Assembly (NCBI GenBank): GCA_963842805.1
Contig: CAWJIA010000011.1
Location: forward strand, 23,649-87,648
Direction of reading: 5' to 3'
DNA length: 64,000 nucleotides
Source: an uncultured Chloroflexia bacterium
Lineage (GTDB): Bacteria > Chloroflexota > Dehalococcoidia > GIF9 > UBA5629
The translations under genes and the position numbers were made by a program. The notes under the pieces are model-generated. The model did no database searches. It saw only the letters and a list, made by a program, of their open reading frames with translations, and was not told the DNA's origin. Below are positions 39,550-49,969 of the stretch, one piece after another (within the stretch, counting starts at the first letter, position 1; the number at the start of each line of letters is the position of its first letter).

Positions 39550-40800
39550 TTAAACCCCGGCGTGAGCGGCCTGTAGCTCCACTGCCTCCCTGTAATAGTC
39601 GGCCGTTTGCCTGGCCGTATTTTCCCAGTTAAATAATCTCCCGACCCTTTCAACCCCCATCCTGCCTAGCTGCCTGCGTTTGTTTGCATCATCCAGCAAC
39701 GAAGTGACGGCGCCGACTATTGCCCCTGTATCGCCGGGTGGTATCAGGATGCCGGCATCACCCACAACCTCGGGCAAAGCTCCCGCAGTAGTCGATATCA
39801 CCGGGGTGCCGCAGGCCATAGCTTCGGCTGCCGGCAATCCGAAACCCTCGTAAATCGAAGGGACAACCAGCATAGCGGCGGTGGAATAATGGCTGACCAG
39901 CTCATCGGTATCAATTTTGCCCGTATATGTGGCACAGTCCTCAAGCTGCAGCGACCTTATCAGCCCCTGCGTATAGCCGTTCTTCATGGGCTGCCCGACT
40001 ATGGTCAACCCGATGTTTCTTGTTTTACGCAGTTCGGCAACAGCCTCCATTAAATACTTTAAACCCTTTAACGGCGTGTCGCCGCTGTTGATTACCAGTA
40101 TTCTATTATCCGATCTAACCGAACCCGGCGCTTCCTTGAAAGTCTCTCGGTCCACACCACAGTAGATTATCTTGAATTTATCAGAAGTAAGACCGAAGCT
40201 CTGCGCTATTTCATCCAGCGAATTCTGCGAATCCGTGATGAAGTGTGACAACTGGCCGGCTACCTTGATCTGAGTGTCGCAGAAGGCATACCAGCGGCGT
40301 ATACCCAGGGTTCGGATGAAAGAGCGTGATGCTTTAAGCGCCAGCTCCCGGTCAATAGTTATGGGATGGTGAATGGTGGTAACCATAGGCATTCCCATCT
40401 GCCTGATCTTTAATATCCCCTCTGTAATGCACTGGTTGTCATGCACGATATCATATTTCTTCGAATGTCCGTTCTGGCGGAACATATCGTGGGCACGCAT
40501 CCCGAAGGTCATCGGCTCGGTAAAGAAGCCGCCGCATTCTCCGATCCACTCCACAAAGTTAGGCCAGGTATTTAACAGTAGTGGATTGATAAAATAACGT
40601 CTGATCTCTGGGTATCTATAAAGGTCCAGGCTGGGAAGCTTGATTAGCCTGATGCCGTCTGCAAGTTCCGGATAGGGCGGTCCGGCCACCACATCCACCT
40701 CATGTCCCAGGTCCCGCAGAGACTGGCTGAGATATTTTACATATACTCCCTGTCCGCCGGAGTATTTATATGCCCGGTAACTGAGTAAACACACGCGCAT
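39550..40800 (-). CDS. Glycosyltransferase family 4 (GT-B, group 1)
   Basis: 416 aa; N-terminal SYRAYKYSGGQGVYVKYLSQSLRDLGHEVDVV; C-terminal EGFGLPAAEAMACGTPVISTTAGALPEVV (E-x7-E GT4 motif). Confidence 0.8.
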   Translation of the reverse strand: MRVCLLSYRAYKYSGGQGVYVKYLSQSLRDLGHEVDVVAGPPYPELADGIRLIKLPSLDLYRYPEIRRYFINPLLLNTWPNFVEWIGECGGFFTEPMTFGMRAHDMFRQNGHSKKYDIVHDNQCITEGILKIRQMGMPMVTTIHHPITIDRELALKASRSFIRTLGIRRWYAFCDTQIKVAGQLSHFITDSQNSLDEIAQSFGLTSDKFKIIYCGVDRETFKEAPGSVRSDNRILVINSGDTPLKGLKYLMEAVAELRKTRNIGLTIVGQPMKNGYTQGLIRSLQLEDCATYTGKIDTDELVSHYSTAAMLVVPSIYEGFGLPAAEAMACGTPVISTTAGALPEVVGDAGILIPPGDTGAIVGAVTSLLDDANKRRQLGRMGVERVGRLFNWENTARQTADYYREAVELQAAHAGV

Positions 40801-40915
40801 CGGATATCCGCCAACCTCGTTTTATTAATAATCATGCCCAAGGCACCCGAACATTTTACATGTAATTAACCAGTTAATCAATACTGGAACAAATTGGAGC
40901 GTATATTACAGACCC

Positions 40916-42148
40916 TTATTCCCTGCCTTTGATAGCTTCGAGGTATATATCGGCTGTACGTTTGGCTGCGTTCTTCCAGTTGAAATTATCCAGGATGCGC
41001 CGACGGCCCAGCGAGCTATATTCCAGCCTTTTGACAGGATCAGCGACCATGCGAGCAATGGCCAAGGCCAGCGCTGCGGAATCGGCGGGTGGCACCAGTA
41101 TCCCGGCGTCACCTACCACCTCTGGCAATGCCCCGGCTGTGGTGGATACCACTGGCGCGCCGCATGACATGGCTTCGGCTGCCGGTATCCCAAACCCTTC
41201 GTAGGTGGAGGGCACAGCCACCAGTGTTGCCGACCTGTAGAGGTCTATCAGCTCATCGGTGTCGATCCGGTCGCGGAAGGTTACATTGGCGGTGACACCC
41301 AACCTCTCCATAAGCTTCTCCGTCAGGCCGTCTCCCATGGTCCTGCCCACTACCACAAGTTTTAAATCGTATTTTTTCCTCAATTCGGCCAGGGCTTCCA
41401 GCAGGAAGCGCAGGCCTTTGACGGCAGTGTCACGGCTCATCACCATCAATATCATGTTTTCCAGCCGTTTTACGCTTTCCGAAGGGCTGAAGAGCCCGGT
41501 ATCGATGCCGTTGTAAATCACTCTGAGATTGTCCTCAGGCACCTTGAAGACCTCGTGAATATGCTGTTTGGCCATCTCCGAGACGGTGATAATATAAGGC
41601 AATTGCTTCGCAACCTTCATCTGCATGCCGGTGAAGGAAAACCAGCGCCGGTAGCCCAGCTTGTCTTTAATCGATTTCGCCGAGCTGATGGCCAGATCGC
41701 GATCCTTGGTGACCGGATGATGAATGGTTTCCACGACGGGATAGCCGGCCTTTTGTATGTCGACTATCCCGTAGGACAGTGTCTGGTTGTCGTGTATCAC
41801 GTCGTAGAGCTTTTTACTGTCGCGGCAGAGGTACTGGTAGGCGCGCATGCCGAAGGTCAGAGGCTCTGAGAAATAGCCGGTCACGGTGCCACCCCACTCT
41901 ACGAAGTTGGCATAGGTATTGAGCTTGCGAGGGTCTATAAAAAGCCTCTGAACGGATGTCATCGAATACAGATCGAGGCTGGGCAGCTTTATCAGCCCTA
42001 CGCCTTCATCCACGATGGGATAAGGAGGCCCCGACATGAGGTCTACTTCGTGCCCCAGGTCCCGCAGGGCATTGCTCAAATAGCGCATGTAAATGCCCTG
42101 GCCGCCTGAATAGGGGTAGCTGCGATAGCTTAAAATGCAAATCCGCAT
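40916..42148 (-). CDS. Glycosyltransferase family 4, tandem paralog of preceding gene
   Basis: 410 aa; ~55-60% identical to 39550-40800 product (MRICILSYRSYPYSGGQGIYMRYLSNALRDLGHEVDLMSGPPYP..., EGFGIPAAEAMSCGAPVVSTTAGALPEVV). Confidence 0.8.
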   Translation of the reverse strand: MRICILSYRSYPYSGGQGIYMRYLSNALRDLGHEVDLMSGPPYPIVDEGVGLIKLPSLDLYSMTSVQRLFIDPRKLNTYANFVEWGGTVTGYFSEPLTFGMRAYQYLCRDSKKLYDVIHDNQTLSYGIVDIQKAGYPVVETIHHPVTKDRDLAISSAKSIKDKLGYRRWFSFTGMQMKVAKQLPYIITVSEMAKQHIHEVFKVPEDNLRVIYNGIDTGLFSPSESVKRLENMILMVMSRDTAVKGLRFLLEALAELRKKYDLKLVVVGRTMGDGLTEKLMERLGVTANVTFRDRIDTDELIDLYRSATLVAVPSTYEGFGIPAAEAMSCGAPVVSTTAGALPEVVGDAGILVPPADSAALALAIARMVADPVKRLEYSSLGRRRILDNFNWKNAAKRTADIYLEAIKGRE

Positions 42149-42244
42149 GTGTAAAGACCGTTACACCTTATTTGACGCCAGATATAATACCAGACCTGCC
42201 AGGCCCAACTAAAACAGAAATGCGCAAGTGAGCGACTGAAACGG

Positions 42245-42991
42245 CTATTTAGCCTTGCCCTGGTTGGCCACGGCGCTGGTAGCTTTCTCCAGCTCCTCGG
42301 CGCTGGCCAGGTAATAGCTTTTCAACTTTTTCAGGTTGGAGTCCACCTCGTAGACCAGCGGGATGCCGGTGGGAATATTAAGGCCGACTATATCCTGATT
42401 GGAGACATTATCAAGATATTTCACCAGCGCCCGCAGACTGTTGCCGTGAGCGGAAATTATGACCCGTTTGCCTGATTTTACCGCCGGCGCAATAGAAGTA
42501 TGCCAGTAGGGAAGGCAGCGTCTGTAGGTATCCTTCAGGCTCTCCGAAAGGGGTATTTGATCCAGTTTCAGGTCAGCGTACCTCGGTTCACGGCCCGGGT
42601 AGCGCTCATCCTTCTTATCAAGTGCCGGGGGCGGGATATCGTAGCTTCGCCGCCAGACCAACACCTGGTCTTCGCCGTACTTACGGGCCGTCTCGGACTT
42701 ATTCAAGCCCTGCAGCGCGCCGTAGTGCCTCTCATTCAGACGCCATGAATTTTTCACCGGTATCCACATCAGGTCCAGCTCATCCAGTGCGATCCAGAGC
42801 GTCCTGATGGCCCGCTTCAGCACAGATGTGAATGCAAGGTCGAATACATATCCCTGCTGGCGTAATACCCTGCCAGCCTTGGCGGCCTCCTTAATACCCT
42901 TATCTGAAAGGTCTACGTCGGTCCAGCCGGTGAACCTGTTCTCACTATTCCACACGCTTTCACCGTGCCGCAGCAAAACCAGCTTGATCAT
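42245..42991 (-). CDS. gpmA: 2,3-bisphosphoglycerate-dependent phosphoglycerate mutase
   Basis: [12 protein letters not shown] phosphohistidine motif, [12 protein letters not shown], 248 aa. Confidence 0.9.
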   Translation of the reverse strand: MIKLVLLRHGESVWNSENRFTGWTDVDLSDKGIKEAAKAGRVLRQQGYVFDLAFTSVLKRAIRTLWIALDELDLMWIPVKNSWRLNERHYGALQGLNKSETARKYGEDQVLVWRRSYDIPPPALDKKDERYPGREPRYADLKLDQIPLSESLKDTYRRCLPYWHTSIAPAVKSGKRVIISAHGNSLRALVKYLDNVSNQDIVGLNIPTGIPLVYEVDSNLKKLKSYYLASAEELEKATSAVANQGKAK

Positions 42992-43173
42992 ATGAATTTC
43001 TCCGTAAAACCTATAAAATATTACATGTAGTACTTTGATTTTATTTCATTGACGTTTTATTATAACCAAAGCTAGCCCGGCCTGCATTGTTTGCGAAGAG
43101 ACGTCAGCAAACAATAGATGCATTGCCCCGTTTGAAAAAACTGGGTTGAAACCGATTTTTTAGGGGGATTGAA

Positions 43174-45159
43174 TTGGTACAAACAGTTAATCTAAGCAAG
43201 GACCTCGGGTTCCTGCGAATCGGCGCGGCTGTGCCTGCACTAAAGGTTGCCGATGTCGACTTCAATATAAAAGCCATCTTGGATATAGTCGAAAAAGCGG
43301 GCGCTGCCGGTGTGCAGGTGTTATCCCTGCCTGAAATGTGTATAACCGGTTATACGCTGGGCGACCTGGTGCAGCAGGAATCGCTGCTGTCAAAGGCCGC
43401 TGAGGGGTTGAATTCGCTGGTCGACTCTACAGCCGGTTCGAATATGATGGTGATAGCCGGGCTGCCGATGTGCATCGACCAGAAGGTCTTCAACTGCGCT
43501 GCGGTGATCTGCGGCGGCCAGATACTGGGGATTATACCGAAGACCTATCTGCCCTCTTATAAAGAATTTTATGAGAACAGATGGTTCGTTTCCTCTGAGG
43601 ATGCTCTCTCCGATACCGTGCATATCGCCGGCAGAGCCGTGCCGTTCGGCACAAATATATTGTTCACACTTCACGGGATACCTTCCGCCATCATCGGCAT
43701 TGAGATTTGCGAAGACATGTGGGTGCCTCTGGCGCCGCATGAATACCAGGCCCTTGCCGGCGCTACGGTGCTGATCAACATCTCCGCCAGCAACGAAATA
43801 CTGGCCAAGGCAGACTGGCGGCGTACCATGGTCTCCTCTGAATCGGGCCGCTGCGTGGCTGCTTCCTGCTATGTTTCGGCCGGCATAGGCGAATCGTCCA
43901 ACGACGTGGTCTTCGGCGGCCACTGCCTGATAGCCGAGAACGGCAATATACTCAAAGAATCGCAGAGGCTTATCCCGGACCTAGTTCTACTTACAGCGGA
44001 TGTCGACCTGGACAGGCTGGTCCATGACCGCATTACACTCAACAGCTTCCGGCAGTCTCCCGCGCATATAAAACCCTTTCGCGTCATCGAGACCTATGTA
44101 GAAGATACTGCAGCAACCGGGCTCCTGAGGGATATCGACCCGCAGCCTTTCGTTCCCAAGGACCCGACCAGGCGCGCTGAGAGGTGCCACGACATCTTTT
44201 CCATGCAGGTGGCGGCGCTGGCCAAAAAGCTGACAGGGGCGAAAATCGACCGTGTCGTGCTGGGTGTATCGGGCGGCCTCGATTCCACCCTGGCGCTGCT
44301 GGCCGCCGCCAAGACCGCCGACTTCCTCAAGATGCCACGGAAAAACATTTACGCCTTCACCATGCCGGGCTTCGGTACTACCGAACGCACACGCAATAAT
44401 GCCACCGGCCTGTGCAAAGCCCTGGGGGTAAACATCAAGCGCGTGGATATTTCCACGAGTTGCAAAGCGCACCTTTCAGACCTTGAGCACGGCGAGAACG
44501 AAGACATCGTTTTTGAAAATAACCAGGCCCGCTATCGCACCGAGTTCCTTTTCAACAAGGCCAACGAGCTGCACGGCATGCTGCTCGGCACCGGCGATTT
44601 GACCGAGGTAGCGCTGGGCTGGAGCACTTTCTCCGGCGACCATATGTCGCACTACCATATAAACGTATCGGTGCCCAAGACGCTGGTGCGCTACCTGATA
44701 CGCTGGGTGGCGGATGAGGAGCTGTCAGGCACCCCGGCTCAGAAGGTGCTGTACGATGTGCTGGATACCCCCATCTCCCCCGAGCTGAAAAGGCCCACTA
44801 AGGGCAAGATCAGCCAGATGAGCGAAGATGTTATAGGCCCCGTTGAGCTGGCCGATTTCTTCCTCTATCCGCTGGTCAGGCTGGGCACCCGTCCCGGCAA
44901 GATACTTTTCCTGGCCAATGAAGCCCGCAAGCAGAAGCTGTTCGAAGGCCACTATACCCTGGAAGATATCCACCGCTGGCTGATGAATTTCATCAAACGG
45001 TTTTTCTCCAACCAGTTCAAGAGGACCTGCCTGCCCGAGGGGCCGAAGGTGGGTTCGGTCAGCCTGTCGCCCAGGGGCGACTGGAGGATGCCTTCCGATG
45101 CCGAGCCGGCCCTGTGGCTGGAAGACCTGGAAAATATGTACTCGAAATTGCGCCGCTAG
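43174..45159 (+). CDS. nadE: Glutamine-dependent NAD+ synthetase (nitrilase domain + NAD synthetase domain)
   Basis: 661 aa; N-terminal CN-hydrolase domain (catalytic E/K/C context ...IEICEDMW...), C-terminal ATP-PPase SGGLDS motif (VLGVSGGLDSTLALL); TTG start with strong RBS. Confidence 0.9.
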   Translation: MVQTVNLSKDLGFLRIGAAVPALKVADVDFNIKAILDIVEKAGAAGVQVLSLPEMCITGYTLGDLVQQESLLSKAAEGLNSLVDSTAGSNMMVIAGLPMCIDQKVFNCAAVICGGQILGIIPKTYLPSYKEFYENRWFVSSEDALSDTVHIAGRAVPFGTNILFTLHGIPSAIIGIEICEDMWVPLAPHEYQALAGATVLINISASNEILAKADWRRTMVSSESGRCVAASCYVSAGIGESSNDVVFGGHCLIAENGNILKESQRLIPDLVLLTADVDLDRLVHDRITLNSFRQSPAHIKPFRVIETYVEDTAATGLLRDIDPQPFVPKDPTRRAERCHDIFSMQVAALAKKLTGAKIDRVVLGVSGGLDSTLALLAAAKTADFLKMPRKNIYAFTMPGFGTTERTRNNATGLCKALGVNIKRVDISTSCKAHLSDLEHGENEDIVFENNQARYRTEFLFNKANELHGMLLGTGDLTEVALGWSTFSGDHMSHYHINVSVPKTLVRYLIRWVADEELSGTPAQKVLYDVLDTPISPELKRPTKGKISQMSEDVIGPVELADFFLYPLVRLGTRPGKILFLANEARKQKLFEGHYTLEDIHRWLMNFIKRFFSNQFKRTCLPEGPKVGSVSLSPRGDWRMPSDAEPALWLEDLENMYSKLRR

Positions 45160-45173
45160 TGTAGCCTGCGCAA

Positions 45174-45782
45174 TCAAACAACCAGTTTGAACTGCTCTTT
45201 CTTAGCGCCGCAGATGGGGCATTCATCCGGAGCAGAGCCCACTGCCACATAGCCACAGACGTTGCAGACGTAATACTCCACGCCCTGCGGGTCCATCATG
45301 CGGTCCAGCGCTTTTTCATACAGCTTGGCATGGCCTCTTTCCACATCGCGGTGAAACTCGAACACCTTGGCTACCGCCGCATTCCCCTCCTCATTAGCGT
45401 CTTTGATAAAGTCCGGGTAGGCGTCCTTGGCATAGTTTTCACGTTCAAATGCGGCCTGCAGGTTCTCCTGCGTGTCGGCTATGACTCCCAGCAGTTGGAG
45501 GTGGCGGGAGGCATGAATGGCCTCGGACTGCGCTACCGCCCGGAAAAGTCCGCCGATCGCAGGTAAACCTTCCTGGTCGGCCTTTAAAGCGAAGGCCAGG
45601 TCGCGGATATTGGCCTTTGATTCACCGGCAAAGCCCTGCTGCAAATTCTTAAGGGTCTTGGTGCCTTTTATTTTGGTATTTTGATAAAGCTCCATCTGGT
45701 CGGCGGGGGCGCCGCACACCGGGCAATGCTCGGGTTTGGCCTCGGCCATTTCAAGATGTCGGCAGTTAGTGCACAGCCACAT
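45174..45782 (-). CDS. Rubrerythrin-family protein with N- and C-terminal rubredoxin-like CxxC pairs
   Basis: 202 aa; CTNC...CPVCG at N-terminus, ferritin-like diiron core (E..H motifs), CNVCGY...CPICG at C-terminus. Confidence 0.8.
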   Translation of the reverse strand: MWLCTNCRHLEMAEAKPEHCPVCGAPADQMELYQNTKIKGTKTLKNLQQGFAGESKANIRDLAFALKADQEGLPAIGGLFRAVAQSEAIHASRHLQLLGVIADTQENLQAAFERENYAKDAYPDFIKDANEEGNAAVAKVFEFHRDVERGHAKLYEKALDRMMDPQGVEYYVCNVCGYVAVGSAPDECPICGAKKEQFKLVV

Positions 45783-45813
45783 AATTTAACCTCCGAATGC
45801 TTATTTATAGCTG

Positions 45814-46416
45814 CTATGGCGCCGGGAAGTTAGCGATCCCGCGGTGGATCATGCTGATGGCGATAGCAGCCAGCAGCAGCGCGAATATTTTGGATACTGC
45901 CAGCACCCCGCCGCGCCCCAGTATTTTAACCAGTTTGTTGGCCTGGACGAAGAACAACCAGGATATCAGCAGGTTCACGATGAAAGAGAATGTTACGACT
46001 AAGATATTATACTGGTCATTAAGTATCAGCAAAGTAGTAAGCACGGCCGGGCCGACAACCAGCGGCGTACCGAGGGGCACGACGCCGACCACATTGTCTC
46101 CCATAGAAGCCTGCGCCTCAAACATCTTGCCGACTACCAGTTCCTTGGCGCCCAGCAGAAAGAGGATCAGCCCGCCCGCTATCAGGAAATCGTTCACCGT
46201 TATCCCCATAAAGATAAAGATGCCTTTGCCTATGGCAATGAAGATGAGCCCCAGGGCCAGGGCCGTGATCAGCCCGTTGCGGATCACGCCACCACGCTGC
46301 CTATCGGTCATTTCCTGAGTGAGCGTAAGCAGGATGGGTATAACGCTGATGGAATCCATGGCCACGAACAGCGGGACAAAGGTCAGGCCGAAATCACGCA
46401 GCAAATTCAAAAACAA
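45814..46416 (-). CDS. MarC-family (UPF0056) integral membrane protein
   Basis: 200 aa, six hydrophobic helices, N-terminus LTFVPLFVAMDSISVIPILLTL typical of MarC family. Confidence 0.75.
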   Translation of the reverse strand: MFLNLLRDFGLTFVPLFVAMDSISVIPILLTLTQEMTDRQRGGVIRNGLITALALGLIFIAIGKGIFIFMGITVNDFLIAGGLILFLLGAKELVVGKMFEAQASMGDNVVGVVPLGTPLVVGPAVLTTLLILNDQYNILVVTFSFIVNLLISWLFFVQANKLVKILGRGGVLAVSKIFALLLAAIAISMIHRGIANFPAP

Positions 46417-46502
46417 ACCCGTGCCTCACTCCTTCGATTTTAAATGAATGCGCTTGTATCGCAGGTAGTATAGCAAAGGGCTATTTTGCCTACAAATTAA
46501 AG

Positions 46503-47537
46503 TTAACGTGCCTGAATATAGCGGACATAGAGTTTTTCAGCCAGTTCCTCATCAAGCGTATTATGGATAATCGCACGCCTGTCCGGGAAGACCGTGATAT
46601 GATAATTATCGACATCAAAACTCAGCATATATTCATTGTAGGTCAGGTTCTGGACATCGGTCAGGCGCCCGGCAAGTTGCTCGAACTTTATCTCTCCGGC
46701 GGTTGTATCCACTATCTGTACAGCCCGGCTCTGACCGCAGAGCGACGATTTTATAAGCGTCTTTATTTCTTTAAGAAAGTCATAGCTGCCCTTGCAGGCC
46801 GGGCAGCCTTCCTTCCGTGATATGGGCAGGCGCTGGAAAGATCCATCCCAGATATCGAGGCTGATCAGGTCCTTATTTAATTGGTAATTGCCGACCAGTA
46901 TTTTGATGGCCTCAGTAGCTTCAAACGAGCTGATAGCTGCAGCTGCCGTGCCCAGTACCCCGTCCGTCTCACAGGTAGGCATGGTCCCGCTGGGCAGTAT
47001 ATCCGGGAAAACGCACCTGAAGCAGGGAGTCCGGCCGGGTATTATGGTCATAGTCATGCCGAATGATGAAATCGCTCCTCCGTAGACGTAGGGAATACCC
47101 AGTTTAAGGGCGACGTCGTTAATCAAATAGCGGGTTCCCAGATTGTCCAGGCCGTCCATAATGACATCCATGCCGGAGCAAAGCCTTTCCACATTGCTCA
47201 CATTCACATCGGCAACTACGGATTCGACCTCAACCAGCGAATTAATCGCATTCAGACGCCTTTTGGCGGCTATGGCCTTGGGCAATTGTTCTTTAACGTC
47301 GTTTTCGTCGAAAAGCACCTGCCGCTGCAGGTTATGATATTCTACGAAGTCCCTGTCGATAATTCTTACTTTGCCCACTCCCGCCCTTACCAGTAGATTG
47401 GCCACATTGCTGCCCAATGCCCCACACCCAACTATTACTATGCTGCTCTGTTCCAGTTTTTCCTGGCCCTCTTCACCTATGCCGCGGAACATCACCTGCC
47501 TGGAATAGCGCTGCCTGACCTGTTTTTCCATTTCCAT
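46503..47537 (-). CDS. ThiF/MoeB/HesA-family E1-like adenylyltransferase with C-terminal extension
   Basis: RYSRQ motif, IVGCGALGSNVANLLVRAGVGK Rossmann, CxxC pairs (CFRC, CPAC); extra ~90-aa C-terminal domain. Confidence 0.8.
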   Translation of the reverse strand: MEMEKQVRQRYSRQVMFRGIGEEGQEKLEQSSIVIVGCGALGSNVANLLVRAGVGKVRIIDRDFVEYHNLQRQVLFDENDVKEQLPKAIAAKRRLNAINSLVEVESVVADVNVSNVERLCSGMDVIMDGLDNLGTRYLINDVALKLGIPYVYGGAISSFGMTMTIIPGRTPCFRCVFPDILPSGTMPTCETDGVLGTAAAAISSFEATEAIKILVGNYQLNKDLISLDIWDGSFQRLPISRKEGCPACKGSYDFLKEIKTLIKSSLCGQSRAVQIVDTTAGEIKFEQLAGRLTDVQNLTYNEYMLSFDVDNYHITVFPDRRAIIHNTLDEELAEKLYVRYIQAR

Positions 47538-47670
47538 ATGATCTTTTCCAGCTTGATCGTTATTTCAGATATAGGTAACAGGATTTCCACGTAATAATAT
47601 CATGCCTGACAGGCTGATGAAATTGTCAACAGAGGCCGTGCAGAATTTAGCTATTTTTCGCTGTGATTAT

Positions 47671-49200
47671 TTAATCCAGATAGTCTTTGAGTTTACGGCT
47701 GCGGCTGGGATGACGCAATTTACGCAGAGCTTTGGCTTCGATCTGACGGATGCGTTCCCTGGTCACGTTGAATTCCTGACCCACTTCCTCCAGCGTCCTG
47801 GCCCTGTCGTCTTCCAGGCCGAAGCGCAATAAAATGACCCGCCTTTCCCTGTCAGTCAATTCACCAAGCAATTCATTTATCTGCGTCCGGAGCAATCCAA
47901 TGGTTGCGACCTCGCTGGGAGGCAAGCCTGTCTTGTCTTCTATAAAATCCCCCAAATGGCTGTCTTCTTCTTCTCCGACAGGCGTCTCCAGCGATAAAGG
48001 GGTCCTGGTTAATTTCAGGATTTCCGTTACCTTTTCCACGGAAAGCTCCATGGCCAGGGCAATCTCATCTATATTGGGCTCACCGCCGCCCTCTTGGCTT
48101 AACTGCCTGCGGGTCCTCAACAACCTGTTGATATTTTCCACCATATGAACTGGAATCCTGATAGTGCGTGACTGGTCGGCGAGCGCCCGTGTTACGGCCT
48201 GCCGTATCCACCATGTAGCATAAGTGCTGAATTTAAAACCCCGCCTGTATTCGAATTTATCAACGGCCCGCACAAGACCTATATTCCCTTCCTGTATCAG
48301 ATCCAGAATCGGCATATGTTGCTGGCTGTATTTCTTGGCGATACTGACTACCAGCCTCAGGTTGGCCTCAATAAGGTGCCTTGACGATTTATCCGCATCC
48401 CGTTTTACACTGCTGGAAAATTGTATGAACTGGTCTTTAAGGAGTTGCAACTCCGTCAGCAATTTTTCATCCACCGGGTCTTTAAGGAGCAGCTCAACCT
48501 GGTCCCACGACGTGCGGCTCCCGATGATGTCATAGATTTTCAGGGGCAACAGACGGCTGTATATGGATATATCGGCAATATCACGCCAGACTTCCATGAA
48601 CGTCTTTCCGCAACTTGCGCATATTGCTTCAACAAAGGATATTTCTACTACGCCGTCAATGGCAGTCCTCAATTCCGGTTTGAGAATCGTTTGCTTGAAA
48701 TTGCTTCCACACTTCATTCCCAGACTTTTGTATAAAGCCAGAACTATCGGGTAGGCGGAAACCAGCTTTCGCAAGCTGGCCAGGATTACGCTGATCTCCC
48801 GGTCATATTGTTCCGGATTGGCCATATAGAACTTTTCCAGCCTTTCCAGGTAACGGCCGTCCTCAACCTTGCCTGCTAGAGAGCGCTCCTCCTTTGCAGT
48901 AAGAAGGGCCACTTTCCCGATCTCCCGCAGATACAAATGTATCGGGTCATCATAGAATTCGGGTACCTCAGCCGCTATGGCGGATGGCAACGGCAGTTTG
49001 TTATCCGGCCGTAGCGCCGCCGGCTCCTCCAACCCATTCTCAATCGATACCAGGTCTTCCCAGATAGAGGAGGTGCGGGCGAATTCATCTACTTCCTTTT
49101 CATCGAAAACATCCAGTACGACGTCAAGGCCCACCGATGACTGCTGGCCCGGCGTTGAAATGAATGGGCTCTTAAGCCCAATCTCTTTACTATTTATCAA
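47671..49200 (-). CDS. rpoD: Primary RNA polymerase sigma factor (sigma-70 family) with large non-conserved insert
   Basis: region 1.2 ([21 protein letters not shown]), region 2 ([16 protein letters not shown]...[12 protein letters not shown]), region 3 and 4.2 ([12 protein letters not shown]...[28 protein letters not shown]). Confidence 0.9.
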   Translation of the reverse strand: MINSKEIGLKSPFISTPGQQSSVGLDVVLDVFDEKEVDEFARTSSIWEDLVSIENGLEEPAALRPDNKLPLPSAIAAEVPEFYDDPIHLYLREIGKVALLTAKEERSLAGKVEDGRYLERLEKFYMANPEQYDREISVILASLRKLVSAYPIVLALYKSLGMKCGSNFKQTILKPELRTAIDGVVEISFVEAICASCGKTFMEVWRDIADISIYSRLLPLKIYDIIGSRTSWDQVELLLKDPVDEKLLTELQLLKDQFIQFSSSVKRDADKSSRHLIEANLRLVVSIAKKYSQQHMPILDLIQEGNIGLVRAVDKFEYRRGFKFSTYATWWIRQAVTRALADQSRTIRIPVHMVENINRLLRTRRQLSQEGGGEPNIDEIALAMELSVEKVTEILKLTRTPLSLETPVGEEEDSHLGDFIEDKTGLPPSEVATIGLLRTQINELLGELTDRERRVILLRFGLEDDRARTLEEVGQEFNVTRERIRQIEAKALRKLRHPSRSRKLKDYLD

Positions 49201-49277
49201 TATGAATATCTCAATAACACCCGGTAAATTTTGTTATTTCCAGGCTGTAACCTGCTTGTGTAGTTGAAGAAGCTTTT

Positions 49278-49583
49278 TTATATCTTCGGTTTTATCGCAC
49301 TATAGCAATCGCTGCAATAGACCGGCCTGTCAGCTCGAGGTTCGAAAGGTATCTCGGCCTGTTTGCCGCACTGAGCGCATACCGTCGAATACATCTGCCG
49401 CACATAGCCCTGACGGCCACCATTGCCGCCGCCGCGGGATGATTTTCTGGCCTGCCTGCAATCAGGACAGCGCTTGGGCTCGTTGGTATAACCTTTGGAC
49501 GCGTAAAATTCCTGATCGTTGGTGCTGAACGTGAACTCTTTGTTGCAGTCGGCGCAGGTTAGATTTTTGTCGGTGAAACCCAT
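49278..49583 (-). CDS. Small zinc-ribbon protein (tandem CxxC-x17-CxxC modules)
   Basis: 101 aa; CADC...CPDC and CAQCG...CSDC, Gly/Arg-rich linker. Confidence 0.6.
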   Translation of the reverse strand: MGFTDKNLTCADCNKEFTFSTNDQEFYASKGYTNEPKRCPDCRQARKSSRGGGNGGRQGYVRQMYSTVCAQCGKQAEIPFEPRADRPVYCSDCYSAIKPKI

Positions 49584-49969
49584 GTGATGACCTCCAATTT
49601 TTTTCTAATGGCTTGAAGTCGGGGTCATCTAAAACGTGAATAAATTAAGGCGGGATAATGCGTTAATGTAATTCAGTTAACAATAACCGAAACTTGACCA
49701 CCTCTTTAACTATACAGGAGAAAGCGGCATCAATCAAATTCACATCGTATTTATCGGCAACTGCCCACGATGTAGAACTGAACGGCCTCTGCGCGGCCGG
49801 GAAAAGCTTTCAACCTATGTCCCAGCTTTACACAAAGCCTTATGTAATATATAATGTGTCTATAGTTCAAGTTAAGGTTATTCACCAGCTTCGTATAGTC
49901 TCTTCAGATTTATCTCAAGTTCTTGGATGGCCCAACCTGGCTAAATTAATAATTTAAGAGGTCATCCAT

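Noticed and set aside
43022-43173. Inverted repeat TTGTTTGC...GCAAACAA upstream of nadE (possible riboswitch or attenuator)
   Set aside because: An 8-bp stem with a 12-nt loop and no further conserved riboswitch features that I can recognise. More likely a simple terminator or attenuator hairpin, or chance.
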